IMG/VR virus record: IMGVR_UViG_2687453178_000004
Source: an uncultured virus (IMG/VR IMGVR_UViG_2687453178_000004)
Lineage: Duplodnaviria; Heunggongvirae; Uroviricota; Caudoviricetes
Direction: 5' to 3' (one strand)
DNA length: 64,000 nt
Below the pieces are notes generated by a model. It was not told the origin of the DNA. It did not search any database and saw only the letters and a program-made list of their open reading frames with translations. Shown piece after piece: positions 49,713 to 58,864 of this stretch. Made by a program: the position numbers and the translations under genes. Every line of letters starts with the position of its first letter. Within the stretch, counting starts at the first letter, position 1.

Positions 49713-50054
49713 ATGAGAAATAGAAAATGGATATTTGCAGCTATTTTGCTCATTGGTGGACCTTCACTATTGCCATTTAGTTTGGAAGTGATATCCCTAA
49801 TTGAGTTACTAGGCTTTTTGGGGTTATGGACAATTTATTCATCCTACGCTGAATACTTGGTGAATCACCCTAGATTCAAAAGAGGTCTGCGTTTAGCCAC
49901 TAGTTGGGATTTTCAGCCGCAAATGCTGTTCTCTCCGAGTGAACTTAAGGAATGTCCCCAGTTAGTTTTTCATATGCTTCCAGTTCAGAGTGTAATAGTT
50001 TGGACTTTGAATATTCTGTTTTGGGGTGGTCTGGCTTGGTGCTACATAATTTAA
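49713..50054 (+). CDS. Cassette 1: membrane protein of unknown function
   Basis: AAGGA RBS; three hydrophobic segments; stop codon abuts AGCTAAC. Confidence 0.75.
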   Translation: MRNRKWIFAAILLIGGPSLLPFSLEVISLIELLGFLGLWTIYSSYAEYLVNHPRFKRGLRLATSWDFQPQMLFSPSELKECPQLVFHMLPVQSVIVWTLNILFWGGLAWCYII

Positions 50055-50179
50055 GCTAACAAATTGTTCAAGAGGGATTCGCAACGCGTGGCATTTTTAC
50101 TATGCGTTGGTTTTAGTGATTAAGGTGGCTTGCGGCGGCATCGGTATTGCGTTGCTCACCCCTTAACAAGGCGTTATGC
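50054..50179 (+). repeat. attC site 1
   Basis: AGCTAAC...TTGTTCAAG...GCAACGC...GCGTTGC...CTTAACAA..GTTATGC. Confidence 0.92.
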
Positions 50180-50267
50180 ATTTTGAGGCGAAGGATGTAT
50201 GGAAATAGATTTGCATCATCCCATTCTGTATAATGCAGCTTTCATTTAACTTTCTAGTTAAGTAACC

Positions 50268-50690
50268 ATGAAAACTGATGACATTACTGAAGTATCTTTA
50301 TCATTTGAGCTATATAACGAGATGAAACAATGGTGTAGTAAACAGAAATTGTTTACTACATCATATAACCATGGTTGGAAACCTTTTAAAGACGGTCAAG
50401 AAATTTTAGTCGACCGTACTTATACCATTAACTTTTGTTTTCAAAGTACAACTATTGCAGATAAACATGGACGTCAAAATACCTTCTATAAAATAAAGCG
50501 AGGTGGTAGACCTACTACTCGATATGGGCAAAACAGCAGTCCTGAAGATAAGGAGCGTCTGCGTTCAGAAACTCCTTCGTACGAAGCTATGATTTATCCT
50601 GCCTTAACACGTTGTCAATCTCAAATCAGAAAAGTTAAACGAGGTTTAACTTTAGAAGCTTTGAATGATCCTTCAAATATAGCGTTTTAA
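50268..50690 (+). CDS. Cassette 2: hypothetical protein
   Basis: 140-aa ORF filling the cassette; TATAAT upstream at 50229. Confidence 0.7.
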   Translation: MKTDDITEVSLSFELYNEMKQWCSKQKLFTTSYNHGWKPFKDGQEILVDRTYTINFCFQSTTIADKHGRQNTFYKIKRGGRPTTRYGQNSSPEDKERLRSETPSYEAMIYPALTRCQSQIRKVKRGLTLEALNDPSNIAF

Positions 50691-50724
50691 GCAGTTAATA
50701 CTGATATGTCTAACCCCAGAAAAT

Positions 50725-50850
50725 GCATAACAAACAATTTAAGAGCGATTCAGCACGCTTGGCATTTTTGGTTTGAGTTTAGTTTAGTGTTTACGGTGGT
50801 CAAATTAGGTGTTGTGGTCGCGTGCTTCACACCTTAACAGGGCGTTATGC
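50725..50850 (+). repeat. attC site 2
   Basis: GCATAAC...TTTAAG...AGCACGC...GCGTGCT...CTTAA...GTTATGC. Confidence 0.92.
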
Positions 50851-50894
50851 CACATATTTAGTTTGCCGAGATAGAAAATTAATTAGGTTGTAAA

Positions 50895-52139
50895 ATGAGC
50901 AAAGATGACAAGAAAACAGATTTTATCGGCAAGGAAGAAAACAATTTAAAGACTTTCTTTGATTTAAATCACATAAAATCGAAATCTGAAAGTGAGTACA
51001 CGAAAAGGGTTTGGAAAAGCCTTAGCAGCGATAGAGATGATGGAAAGTTTGACGATATTTTCTCTGATGTGTTTGAAAGTGTATTTAAAAATATTTCTGC
51101 TAAAGTTTCTGATTCAGTAATAAAAGCAGTCGACGATGAGGCAAGTCGTAAGAAAGTAATCCGAGAGCTGAAGAATCATTACAATAATGAAAGCCTCACA
51201 TTGATCTTGGGGGCAGGGGTTTCAATGGATCTTGGTTTACCATCATGGGACGAATTGCTGCGTAGATTGTTAGCAAAAACGCTTGATAGTGCGGATAAAG
51301 AAAGTACTGTGATGGCAGCGATGTTTAATTCAGTTTTTGGTCCAAGTAGCTTAATAGCGGCGCGCTACTTGAAACTTCACTTTGAGAAAGAGAAGCATGA
51401 AAAAAATGGGAGGAAGTTCCCTTTTGAAACTGAAGTTCGCAAAGCTCTATACGAGAACTTTAATGAGGTAGAAACGCCTATCTATAAAGCGATTGTACAA
51501 CTATGTGTATCTCCAGGAAAGAATCCAAGTTTGGATTCTGTTATCACTTACAACTACGATGATATTTTGGAAGAAAAGCTTAAAGCGTTGGACTTGGGGA
51601 TCAAATATAAAAGTATTTACACCTTGGGGATGAATCCGAGAAAAGATGAGCTTCCAATCTATCATGTACATGGTTATCTTCCTCGTTCTGGAAACGTCAC
51701 GGATAAGCATGCCGTTATCCTTTCTGATGATAGTTATCATAAGCAGTATATGGACCTCTATCACTGGAGTAATTTGGTTCAGATAAACAAGTTTAAGGAC
51801 TCTAATTGTTTGTTTATTGGGCACTCTTTTTCAGATCCAAATTTAAGACGTCTTTTAGATGTAGCAAAATCTCAACGTGGGCATGATAAAACCCAACATT
51901 ATGTAATAAAACGTAGATACAACGTCGATAAAGTAAAAGAGACTCTTAAAGAATTACTAGTAAAGGAAAAATTAGTAGATGTACTTAATCATTCAGATGA
52001 ATTAGATGCAGTTGCATCTGGTTTAGTAAAGACAGTGCATAAATTCGAAGAGAATGATGCGATATCTTTTGGTGCCGAGATAATTTGGGTTAACGAATTT
52101 TCAGAAATATCAGATATTATCGAGAGCATTCCAAAGTAG
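50895..52139 (+). CDS. Cassette 3: SIR2-family (SIR2_2) protein, putative anti-phage NADase
   Basis: [26 protein letters not shown] and [12 protein letters not shown] motifs. Confidence 0.88.
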   Translation: MSKDDKKTDFIGKEENNLKTFFDLNHIKSKSESEYTKRVWKSLSSDRDDGKFDDIFSDVFESVFKNISAKVSDSVIKAVDDEASRKKVIRELKNHYNNESLTLILGAGVSMDLGLPSWDELLRRLLAKTLDSADKESTVMAAMFNSVFGPSSLIAARYLKLHFEKEKHEKNGRKFPFETEVRKALYENFNEVETPIYKAIVQLCVSPGKNPSLDSVITYNYDDILEEKLKALDLGIKYKSIYTLGMNPRKDELPIYHVHGYLPRSGNVTDKHAVILSDDSYHKQYMDLYHWSNLVQINKFKDSNCLFIGHSFSDPNLRRLLDVAKSQRGHDKTQHYVIKRRYNVDKVKETLKELLVKEKLVDVLNHSDELDAVASGLVKTVHKFEENDAISFGAEIIWVNEFSEISDIIESIPK

Positions 52140-52266
52140 CATAACAAAGCATTTAAGACGGATTCCCAACGCTCGGCATTTTCGGTTTGCTTTGAATTTA
52201 GTGTTTACGGCACAATACTTTAAGTGTGGTGGTCTGCGTTGCTCACACGTTAACACTGCGTGATGT
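52139..52266 (+). repeat. attC site 3, degenerate 3' end
   Basis: GCATAAC...ATTTAAG...CAACGC...GCGTTG, but ends GTTAACACTGCGTGATGT without a GTT core at the expected position. Confidence 0.8.
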
Positions 52267-52490
52267 TATTGGAAGGCCGTGGTGGAACATCAGTTTAAAT
52301 TTCGCATCGGAAGTCGGCTCACTTGATGTCCAGTATTAATGGTTACACAGTGTGACCATAGACTCGCTAAGTCTTCAGGGAAAGAACAGCGTACACACAC
52401 GTATACACGGTATGTACGCTCTACATGCATTCTTTCACACGCAAATAGACATGGTTTTTACTGAATACTCAATCTCGGTGGCTGATATTA

Positions 52491-52700
52491 CTATCGTTCC
52501 AACATGGAAAGTTTGTTTTCGATATCTTTGGCTATGACTTGCAGCTTGCTAGAAAGCCGTGATCGAATGATGCACATAAGAATCTGCTTATCTTTTTTGT
52601 ACCAAGTGTAAAGCGTATTACGGCCTCGCCCCGACTCGTCCTCAAGGTCGGCAACTGTTAAACCAAACTGCTTTAAATACTCTGCTAGATCGTATCCCAT
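52491..52700 (-). CDS. Small HTH DNA-binding protein
   Basis: LTVADLEDESGRGRNTLYTW. Confidence 0.7.
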   Translation of the reverse strand: MGYDLAEYLKQFGLTVADLEDESGRGRNTLYTWYKKDKQILMCIIRSRLSSKLQVIAKDIENKLSMLER

Positions 52701-52704
52701 AGGC

Positions 52705-52989
52705 TCACACCGTCTTTAGATGCTCATTACACTCTTTAATAACGTCCACCAGCTTATCTATCGTTAAAGAGCTGGCCGAACGCCCCTCAAATTCAGCAAA
52801 TAACTCATGCAATACCATGCACTTTGTTTGCTGCTTTAGAAACTTTGCTTCGTCTAGCATTCGGGTAAGGCGCTTGATTGCCTCTGCCTTGCGAATAACT
52901 AACTGAACCGCACTTAACTTAGGCGCACTCAAATAACCGATCACGGCACCTAAATCGCGCTCTAATTGCTTAATCTCACTCACGCTCAT
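52705..52989 (-). CDS. Hypothetical phage protein
   Basis: Start MSVSEIK after GAGG; operon packing. Confidence 0.6.
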   Translation of the reverse strand: MSVSEIKQLERDLGAVIGYLSAPKLSAVQLVIRKAEAIKRLTRMLDEAKFLKQQTKCMVLHELFAEFEGRSASSLTIDKLVDVIKECNEHLKTV

Positions 52990-53476
52990 CGGTTTTTGCC
53001 TCTTCTTCGATATATTCCGAAACAGTCTCGTTAAAGAACACCGTGAAATCCGCACGAAAATCACTAGGAACGTCGCAACCAAGCTCCATAACGTATTCGC
53101 AAGCTTCCGAGAACTTAGGGCAATCTGGATACATTAGAATGATTTTAGCCAGTTCAAAACACGTAATTTCTGCGTTTTTTTGACTGACGGCATGATTAAC
53201 AAGCGATTGCCAAGCAATGTGATTCATCACTGAGTAATTGCAAAACTGCGGCTTAGTTTGAATGGCCGCTTTAACTAGAGTCGGCAACGTTCCGGTGCGC
53301 TCTGCAATTACGTTCGCCAGAATGGTTTTCATTGATTCGCAATTTAAGTCAAACCATAGAGCATCAAGTTCCGCTTGGTCGCTGTAGGCTAGTTGGACGT
53401 AAGCGCTTGCAAATTCTGGATTATCAAAACCAAGTACGTCTTGAAAAACAATGGTCGCTGCGTCAATGGTATTCAC
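52976..53476 (-). CDS. Hypothetical phage protein
   Basis: AGGAG RBS; operon packing. Confidence 0.65.
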   Translation of the reverse strand: MNTIDAATIVFQDVLGFDNPEFASAYVQLAYSDQAELDALWFDLNCESMKTILANVIAERTGTLPTLVKAAIQTKPQFCNYSVMNHIAWQSLVNHAVSQKNAEITCFELAKIILMYPDCPKFSEACEYVMELGCDVPSDFRADFTVFFNETVSEYIEEEAKTDERE

Positions 53477-53486
53477 TACTTTCTCC

Positions 53487-53879
53487 TTAGCTGTCTTGCT
53501 TACTAACTTCGCCTAGTTCGGCCTCTTCCGGTGTAACTGCGTCGATAACAGTTATCTGGCCGGACTCTTCAAGCAACTTACTGAGTCGGGCCACTTCTTC
53601 TTGTAGTTCTTTGATTTGGCTTTCTTGTTGCTTGGTTCGGAGTAAGTAGTAATTCGAGTTAGCGATACCAAAAGAAATGTTTTCCATAACGATGTTCGAT
53701 ACATCCTCATGGTCATGTAGAAGAGCCAAGGCTTTAGCCGCTGCTAAGGAACAAAGCTCACTAACGCTAACAGGTTGCAGCGTGTTGGCTTCCATCTGTT
53801 TAAGTAGTGATCTTGATTTCGAAAGAATCCCCTCTGCTAGTAGCTGTTCTTGCGTTGACAGTACAATCTCGCGTGTCAT
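53487..53879 (-). CDS. Hypothetical phage protein
   Basis: GAGG RBS; C-terminal coiled coil. Confidence 0.6.
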   Translation of the reverse strand: MTREIVLSTQEQLLAEGILSKSRSLLKQMEANTLQPVSVSELCSLAAAKALALLHDHEDVSNIVMENISFGIANSNYYLLRTKQQESQIKELQEEVARLSKLLEESGQITVIDAVTPEEAELGEVSKQDS

Positions 53880-53983
53880 AGCTGGATATTTCCTCGTTGT
53901 TCTCGTAGATAGTGACAGACTTGTACGAACCGACTAGCTTGGCTAGCCGGATCATAAACTCATCAAGGTTTAAGCGTTTCGCA

Positions 53984-54412
53984 TCAGTGAATACGATTTG
54001 ACGAGCTTGAAGTAATTCGGATCTTTTCTGCTCCGTCGTCTTTTGATTCGTCGCTTTCATTGTGGTGTTCAGAATCCTTGTATTGGCAATCTTCACAATC
54101 GCACTCTGTAAGTTTCACGCTGCTCAAATCCACACCTGCCATCTTTGCAAGAGCAATAGCTGTTACCTTTGGAAGAAGTTGAGGCATAAGCTCTTTGATC
54201 ACCTCGCTCAAAGCACAACCGATGTGATCAGCGAGATTATTGTTAACCGTAGGAAACTGTTCGTGTTTAATGCCTAGACCTACTCTTCCATCATCCTGAA
54301 TCTCTGGATTAATGGTTAAGGCGATTTTAAAACCGTCCCTTTGCACAAACTCTTCAAGAAAGTTCATTAGTTCTGGTCGTGTTTTGCTGTTTAGCACTTT
54401 TTGGTCGGTCAT
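53984..54412 (-). CDS. Hypothetical phage protein
   Basis: ATGA overlap with the upstream gene; ECDCEDC motif. Confidence 0.6.
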   Translation of the reverse strand: MTDQKVLNSKTRPELMNFLEEFVQRDGFKIALTINPEIQDDGRVGLGIKHEQFPTVNNNLADHIGCALSEVIKELMPQLLPKVTAIALAKMAGVDLSSVKLTECDCEDCQYKDSEHHNESDESKDDGAEKIRITSSSSNRIH

Positions 54413-54615
54413 TTGTTCATACCTATTTGTTGAATTAGCCACAAAGGGCTTAGAAGAAAGCCGCTCGTCATAAGCAGCGTTCCAATCAAAAAAATTATGG
54501 TCGATGTCTTACTTGTTAACTTTCGATTCATAGAATCATAGAACGACAACACCGAAATCATAAAAAGAGCGTGACCAACAGAGAAGATCACGAATCCAAA
54601 CAAAACAACAATCAA
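54409..54615 (-). CDS. Small two-TM membrane protein
   Basis: Two hydrophobic helices. Confidence 0.5.
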   Translation of the reverse strand: MIVVLFGFVIFSVGHALFMISVLSFYDSMNRKLTSKTSTIIFLIGTLLMTSGFLLSPLWLIQQIGMNK

Positions 54616-54654
54616 GCCTATTTTCCCCTGTGTTTTGTCTGGTAATACCTTGCG

Positions 54655-54969
54655 TCACTTTGTGTTGCGCCATTGTGCCATAGCAATAATTTCTTTTGTT
54701 GGCGCTAGCTGGTGGCGGCCAAATGGGATTTTGTTTTGTCGCATTATCTCGATGACTTTAGGAACTAAGTGGATACTTAGCCCTACTACTCGGTAATGCT
54801 CAATCTGTGGGATTGCTCGGCCTAGCTCGAACGCTAGGTACTCAACTGCATCTTGCTCTGAGCAATGTCTATGGATAGAAAGGAGACGAATAGCTGCGTT
54901 AAATCCTATTGCCGCGATTTCATCTCTCGGTGAAACTTTGTTTTTGGTCATATCAGTCATACCTTGCAA
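54655..54969 (-). CDS. Hypothetical phage protein (possible DNA-binding)
   Basis: ORF in the early leftward operon; exact start uncertain. Confidence 0.55.
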   Translation of the reverse strand: MQGMTDMTKNKVSPRDEIAAIGFNAAIRLLSIHRHCSEQDAVEYLAFELGRAIPQIEHYRVVGLSIHLVPKVIEIMRQNKIPFGRHQLAPTKEIIAMAQWRNTK

Positions 54970-55020
54970 TATTCATTGAACAAAAATAATTGTATCCGTT
55001 CGATGATTATACAAACAAAC

Positions 55021-55479
55021 CTAAATATTGGAATTTATATTTTCAAAAATGTTGCGTTGCTTCGCGTCCTCTCGCACCAACTCTTCAAAGCTCCATATTC
55101 CGGTAAGCTCTCCAATCTGATCGAGCGCTACTAGTGGCAATTTAGACCACGCATATTCCACCAGCTCTAAATCTGTACCAACCTTGTTGAAGAATAATTG
55201 CTTGCGACTACCTAGCGGATCGTGTCGTACTGGTTCGCCTTCTGGTATTGGGTTGCCGCCAGTTGCGCCTCGATGGTGAACGGGACAAAGGCCATAACCA
55301 AAAAAGTGAGCTAGTGGCTTAACCGCACCTTTCTCACTCGAATGATGAAACTCAACGTATTCCAACGGTTCAGGCCAATCATTCGGGTGACCAAGCTTAT
55401 CGCAAGCTATACAACCACAACGTTGAATCACGGCCTGTCCATAGATCTGTTCTGCCTTTGTCGGTTTGCGACCTTTCAT
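55021..55479 (-). CDS. Ref-like HNH recombination enhancement nuclease
   Basis: GCIAC, EFHH and GLCPVHHR motifs; AGGAG RBS before MKGRKPT. Confidence 0.7.
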   Translation of the reverse strand: MKGRKPTKAEQIYGQAVIQRCGCIACDKLGHPNDWPEPLEYVEFHHSSEKGAVKPLAHFFGYGLCPVHHRGATGGNPIPEGEPVRHDPLGSRKQLFFNKVGTDLELVEYAWSKLPLVALDQIGELTGIWSFEELVREDAKQRNIFENINSNI

Positions 55480-55556
55480 TGCTCTTCTCCTGTTTTCTAG
55501 GCACAAAAAAAGCGCTGCATTCACTGAATGCAACGCTCTAACTCAAAAGCGATACT

Positions 55557-55829
55557 CTAAAGCGTCACTGTTAACGTCTCGGCTTGTTCTTTTAGATCTT
55601 CAATCATGGCTCTTGGATAGGAACCAAGCTCCTGAATGTTGATAGGCAGTAACGTATCTGCGTCAACTCCTAAGTGATCGGCTATAGCGGCCATTATTTT
55701 CTTAGTTGAGTAAGGCTTCATTCTCTGGCTCAGAGCAACTTGCTGATAGCCAGCTTGCGCAAACACGCCTTTTTTGTAGTAGTGATAAGTGATCAGGTAG
55801 TAGGTTAATACTTGGTTCGGATTACTCAT
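55557..55829 (-). CDS. Hypothetical phage protein
   Basis: Operon packing. Confidence 0.55.
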   Translation of the reverse strand: MSNPNQVLTYYLITYHYYKKGVFAQAGYQQVALSQRMKPYSTKKIMAAIADHLGVDADTLLPINIQELGSYPRAMIEDLKEQAETLTVTL

Positions 55830-55842
55830 CTAATGCGTTCCC

Positions 55843-56655
55843 CTAAATAACTGCTAATGTCTCTTGGTATTTTTTGAATAGTTCTAACACTCGCCCTTTG
55901 GCCGCAAATCGCCCTAACTGTCCACCAGCAAACCATAATCCGGTATCTGATAGTGAGAGAAGTTGAATTTCTTTCTTGAGCGCGGCTTTAAAGTCCTCAA
56001 TGAGCACCATCTTAGTGAGAACGGGGAACGTCCCACTATTCACTGTGATTGGTCTAGTTGGAACGTCATAAGCTTCCACTAGCTCTTTAGCCTTTTGATT
56101 GGATAGCCCGTAGTGAATACCCAAACCAGAAACAATCGCATATCCAGCCGGAATAAAATTGCGCTCTAACTCGTCAATTCGTCGATGAGCGTCGTTGGCC
56201 GTTTCAATGGCCTGTTTGGTCTGCTTCTCCTGTTCAACTAGAGCCTTTGCTTGCTCAAGTAACCATTCCGCGCTTGTTCGCGGCTGTTCGGTCAATGAAT
56301 AGGAGCCATGCTTTCGAATGTTTGGTAACACTTCGTGAGTGATCCAACGCTGAAACGGCTTACCCTTTGGCGCTTGGCTGGAAAGAATCAAGTCATACAT
56401 ACCAGCCTCGTTTATTACCGTAAGCCGTTGATTTAACTCTAACGTCGAGCAGCTCGACGTTGGAAATTCGGCCATTAATTGCTTTAGCGGCTTCTTATCT
56501 TGTTCTGAAACATACCGATTAACCGCATCACGAGCGTTCACAAGGCCAAGCATTGCGCCGACCTCGTTCCCGATAAACCAAGGATCGTTATCCATATCAA
56601 TGATGACGGTCAGATCCCCAAAAATAGGTTTGTTGAATTTGGTTATGTTCATCAA
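55843..56655 (-). CDS. BRO-N domain antirepressor-like protein
   Basis: PWFIGNEV, INEAGMYDLILSS and FQRWITHEVLPNIRKHGSY motifs. Confidence 0.88.
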   Translation of the reverse strand: MMNITKFNKPIFGDLTVIIDMDNDPWFIGNEVGAMLGLVNARDAVNRYVSEQDKKPLKQLMAEFPTSSCSTLELNQRLTVINEAGMYDLILSSQAPKGKPFQRWITHEVLPNIRKHGSYSLTEQPRTSAEWLLEQAKALVEQEKQTKQAIETANDAHRRIDELERNFIPAGYAIVSGLGIHYGLSNQKAKELVEAYDVPTRPITVNSGTFPVLTKMVLIEDFKAALKKEIQLLSLSDTGLWFAGGQLGRFAAKGRVLELFKKYQETLAVI

Positions 56656-56695
56656 CGTAATTCCTTAAAACATGGTTCTTTTGGTCATACCCTGC

Positions 56696-56887
56696 TTACA
56701 CACGAACACGCACTATTGGCTTAACTTCAGTCATGCAATGAATATCAATAGAGTCGCCTTGCGGCGGCTCATAACACACGACTTTGAAATCATTCGGATC
56801 TACTGGCTTTTTAGGTCTAATGAATTGACTATATCTCTTCCCGTTAAGCTTGAAATCGTACTGATAAGGCAAGTCTCGTAATTTCAT
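56696..56887 (-). CDS. Hypothetical phage protein
   Basis: GAGG RBS; 63 aa. Confidence 0.55.
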   Translation of the reverse strand: MKLRDLPYQYDFKLNGKRYSQFIRPKKPVDPNDFKVVCYEPPQGDSIDIHCMTEVKPIVRVRV

Positions 56888-56889
56888 GC

Positions 56890-57039
56890 CTACCTCACCA
56901 ATTTGAGTGATTTCAATCTCGCAACGATTACGCCAGCTAGAAAGTAAATCATCACCGTAAATTCGATGCCGAACTTAGCCAGCATGTAGATCGCTAGTGC
57001 GCCGTGTATCGCTACTAGAACGGTTTCACTAAAACGCAT
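56890..57039 (-). CDS. 49-aa hydrophobic protein (not in ORF track)
   Basis: MRFSETVLVAIHGALAIYMLAKFGIEFTVMIYFLAGVIVARLKSLKLVR fills the operon gap almost exactly. Confidence 0.55.
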   Translation of the reverse strand: MRFSETVLVAIHGALAIYMLAKFGIEFTVMIYFLAGVIVARLKSLKLVR

Positions 57040-57046
57040 AACTCAC

Positions 57047-57352
57047 CTAGAAACGAAAACGATGCTTGATTTGTTGAATGTTGTGGAACACTGGCAAGTG
57101 AAGCTTCTTTGCGTAAGCAACTTCAGCGAATGCGCCAACGCTAGTTTTCCAGTTCGGCAAGCAATAAATCGCGTCAACTTCACGAATCATTGCCATTGCT
57201 ATATCCATGTACCCTTGTTCGCTTAATCCTTCTGGCAACATCAGTGTGTGAACGGGAACGTGACCGATGCACTGAATCTTTAGGGCTGCGCGTTTAAATT
57301 GCGCTTCGCTATCAGGCACATCGGTAACGCCACCAGCGATATAAATCCTCAT
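57047..57352 (-). CDS. DUF4406 (nucleoside deoxyribosyltransferase-like) protein
   Basis: RIYIAGG, YMDIAMAM and DAIYCLPNWKTSVGAFAE motifs. Confidence 0.8.
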   Translation of the reverse strand: MRIYIAGGVTDVPDSEAQFKRAALKIQCIGHVPVHTLMLPEGLSEQGYMDIAMAMIREVDAIYCLPNWKTSVGAFAEVAYAKKLHLPVFHNIQQIKHRFRF

Positions 57353-57750
57353 CCCTTAATGCTCTCCATTTCGCGTCTAAGGGCGTTGATTTTTAGCTCA
57401 ATACGCTCAATTTCTTCGGTACTGGATTCTTTAGTGATTTGATGTTGCAGCTCCGAAATCTCGCGTGGGATCTCTCCTACTCGCCATAGATAAAAATCAA
57501 GCTTTTCGATTTTCTTATGTCGGATAGCTTCTAGCTGGTCTTTGTCTACGAGCTGGTAGATCTGCGCTAGCATGATTTCAACGTCAGCAATTTCTTCCAT
57601 CACTTCAGTGATCGAGCCTTTGCCTTGTCGAAAGTGGTGGTACAGGGCAACGGCCAATTCATTTAGCTCTGAAATGGCTTGTTCAACTTGGCGTCTGCGC
57701 CCCATTGTTAACAATACTTGGCAAGCTTTTTGGTCTGGTAATTTGGTCAT
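57349..57750 (-). CDS. MazG-like nucleotide pyrophosphohydrolase
   Basis: SELNEL...EEIADVEIMLAQ motif. Confidence 0.7.
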   Translation of the reverse strand: MTKLPDQKACQVLLTMGRRRQVEQAISELNELAVALYHHFRQGKGSITEVMEEIADVEIMLAQIYQLVDKDQLEAIRHKKIEKLDFYLWRVGEIPREISELQHQITKESSTEEIERIELKINALRREMESIKG

Positions 57751-57812
57751 TGATTGTTGCCTTTTGTTTTGTTTCGAAAACAAATATATGATCGAAATTA
57801 ACGTTTGTAAAT

Positions 57813-58178
57813 TTAACAGACCGAAAATTTAGATTCTTCTTTTGCGCGGTGAAGAGCCTCTAAAGCAACATCAAACGCTTCAATTTCCATTCGCCCGTAT
57901 GAGTTACACGTATTGCCGATCATGCTAGCCATGCCAGCTAGTGTTTTTAAGTCCTGTTCTAAGTTCTCACTCAATACTTTGAAGTCTCTTTGCTTCGCTA
58001 GCTTGTGAAGGCGAGATACGCTCAAGAATGCGTTGCTGGTGGCTTCTAGGTAATTCACTAGCGCTTTAGCAAACTCCTGATCCATTGCTGGCACATCGTT
58101 GTTGATTGCGATTTCTTCAAAGCCGTACTCGTGCATTTTGGCGATCAAAATCTTCATTTGCTGCTTGATATCGTTCAT
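57813..58178 (-). CDS. Hypothetical phage protein
   Basis: ATGA overlap with the upstream gene. Confidence 0.6.
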   Translation of the reverse strand: MNDIKQQMKILIAKMHEYGFEEIAINNDVPAMDQEFAKALVNYLEATSNAFLSVSRLHKLAKQRDFKVLSENLEQDLKTLAGMASMIGNTCNSYGRMEIEAFDVALEALHRAKEESKFSVC

Positions 58179-58864
58179 CGTTTCATGGCCCTTAGTTGGT
58201 CAATTCGATCAGAAAACTCGTGTCGTTCTCCTGAACGTCGATACTCTTCTCGAACCTTGTCACTTACCGAAACTCGACTGTGTACTGGTAGCGCTTTTAG
58301 CTCATCCTCTGCAAGTCTCAAGCGGCCAGCTCGTTCTTTAGCGTCTGCATCCCGTAGATACTTGATGAAAAGTTCTAACTCTCCACCAGCTCTAGCTCGT
58401 TTCAAATCCCAATCACAATTTTGTGCTACCCATTTCTCGGCTCTCCCCATTGGCGCACGATTCAAAAATCGGTCATAGGCTTCGCGGTATTCCGCTTCGG
58501 TTCGCTGGTTAATCTGAGTCATCAACTCACCAAGCGATGGAGGGAAGCGGTTACCGTTGGATAGTCGGTCAAAGCAGATCGCTAGTATCCGGTTAAGTTG
58601 CAAATCATTCAGGGTCGAAAGGAAGTTTCCCCATGCCGTAGTAATCACTGCGCCATTCATCGTGACCCATGTCTTGCCGTACATTTCCGTTAGCGTGTCC
58701 CATAGGGCTGTTAGCTTGGGATTCAATCCATTGGCGCTGTTGTTGTACTCGTGCAAATTTGATTGCTGGCGATTGGTTTGGGTAAATCCGCAACCATTCA
58801 GGGAAGATTGACTGATCGGCATTCTCGCCATAACCGATTCCATTGATTTCAAATTTCTGTCCAT
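58175..58864 (-). CDS. Replication protein P-like (helicase loader position)
   Basis: LWDTLTEMYGKTW...W...L and FPPSLGE motifs; follows the initiator gene. Confidence 0.6.
   Translation of the reverse strand: MDRNLKSMESVMARMPISQSSLNGCGFTQTNRQQSNLHEYNNSANGLNPKLTALWDTLTEMYGKTWVTMNGAVITTAWGNFLSTLNDLQLNRILAICFDRLSNGNRFPPSLGELMTQINQRTEAEYREAYDRFLNRAPMGRAEKWVAQNCDWDLKRARAGGELELFIKYLRDADAKERAGRLRLAEDELKALPVHSRVSVSDKVREEYRRSGERHEFSDRIDQLRAMKR

Larger units (their letters stand above)
49683..52266 (+). mobile_element. Array of three integron gene cassettes without integrase
   Basis: Each ORF is bracketed by a GTTRRRY core and a matching RYYYAAC inverse core followed by an approximately 126-bp Vibrio-type attC. 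Confidence 0.88.

Noticed and set aside
50054..52266. Repeats as a CRISPR array
   Set aside because: Repeats are about 126 bp, imperfect and separated by whole genes, which fits attC sites; no cas genes are present.
52389..52419. GCGTACA...TGTACGC inverted repeat with a TATACAC core, similar to the repeats near queD
   Set aside because: Single short occurrence; no function can be supported.
53800..54096. 98-aa ORF bridging two early genes
   Set aside because: It overlaps both neighbours substantially and has no recognisable motif; it may be real but is unsupported.
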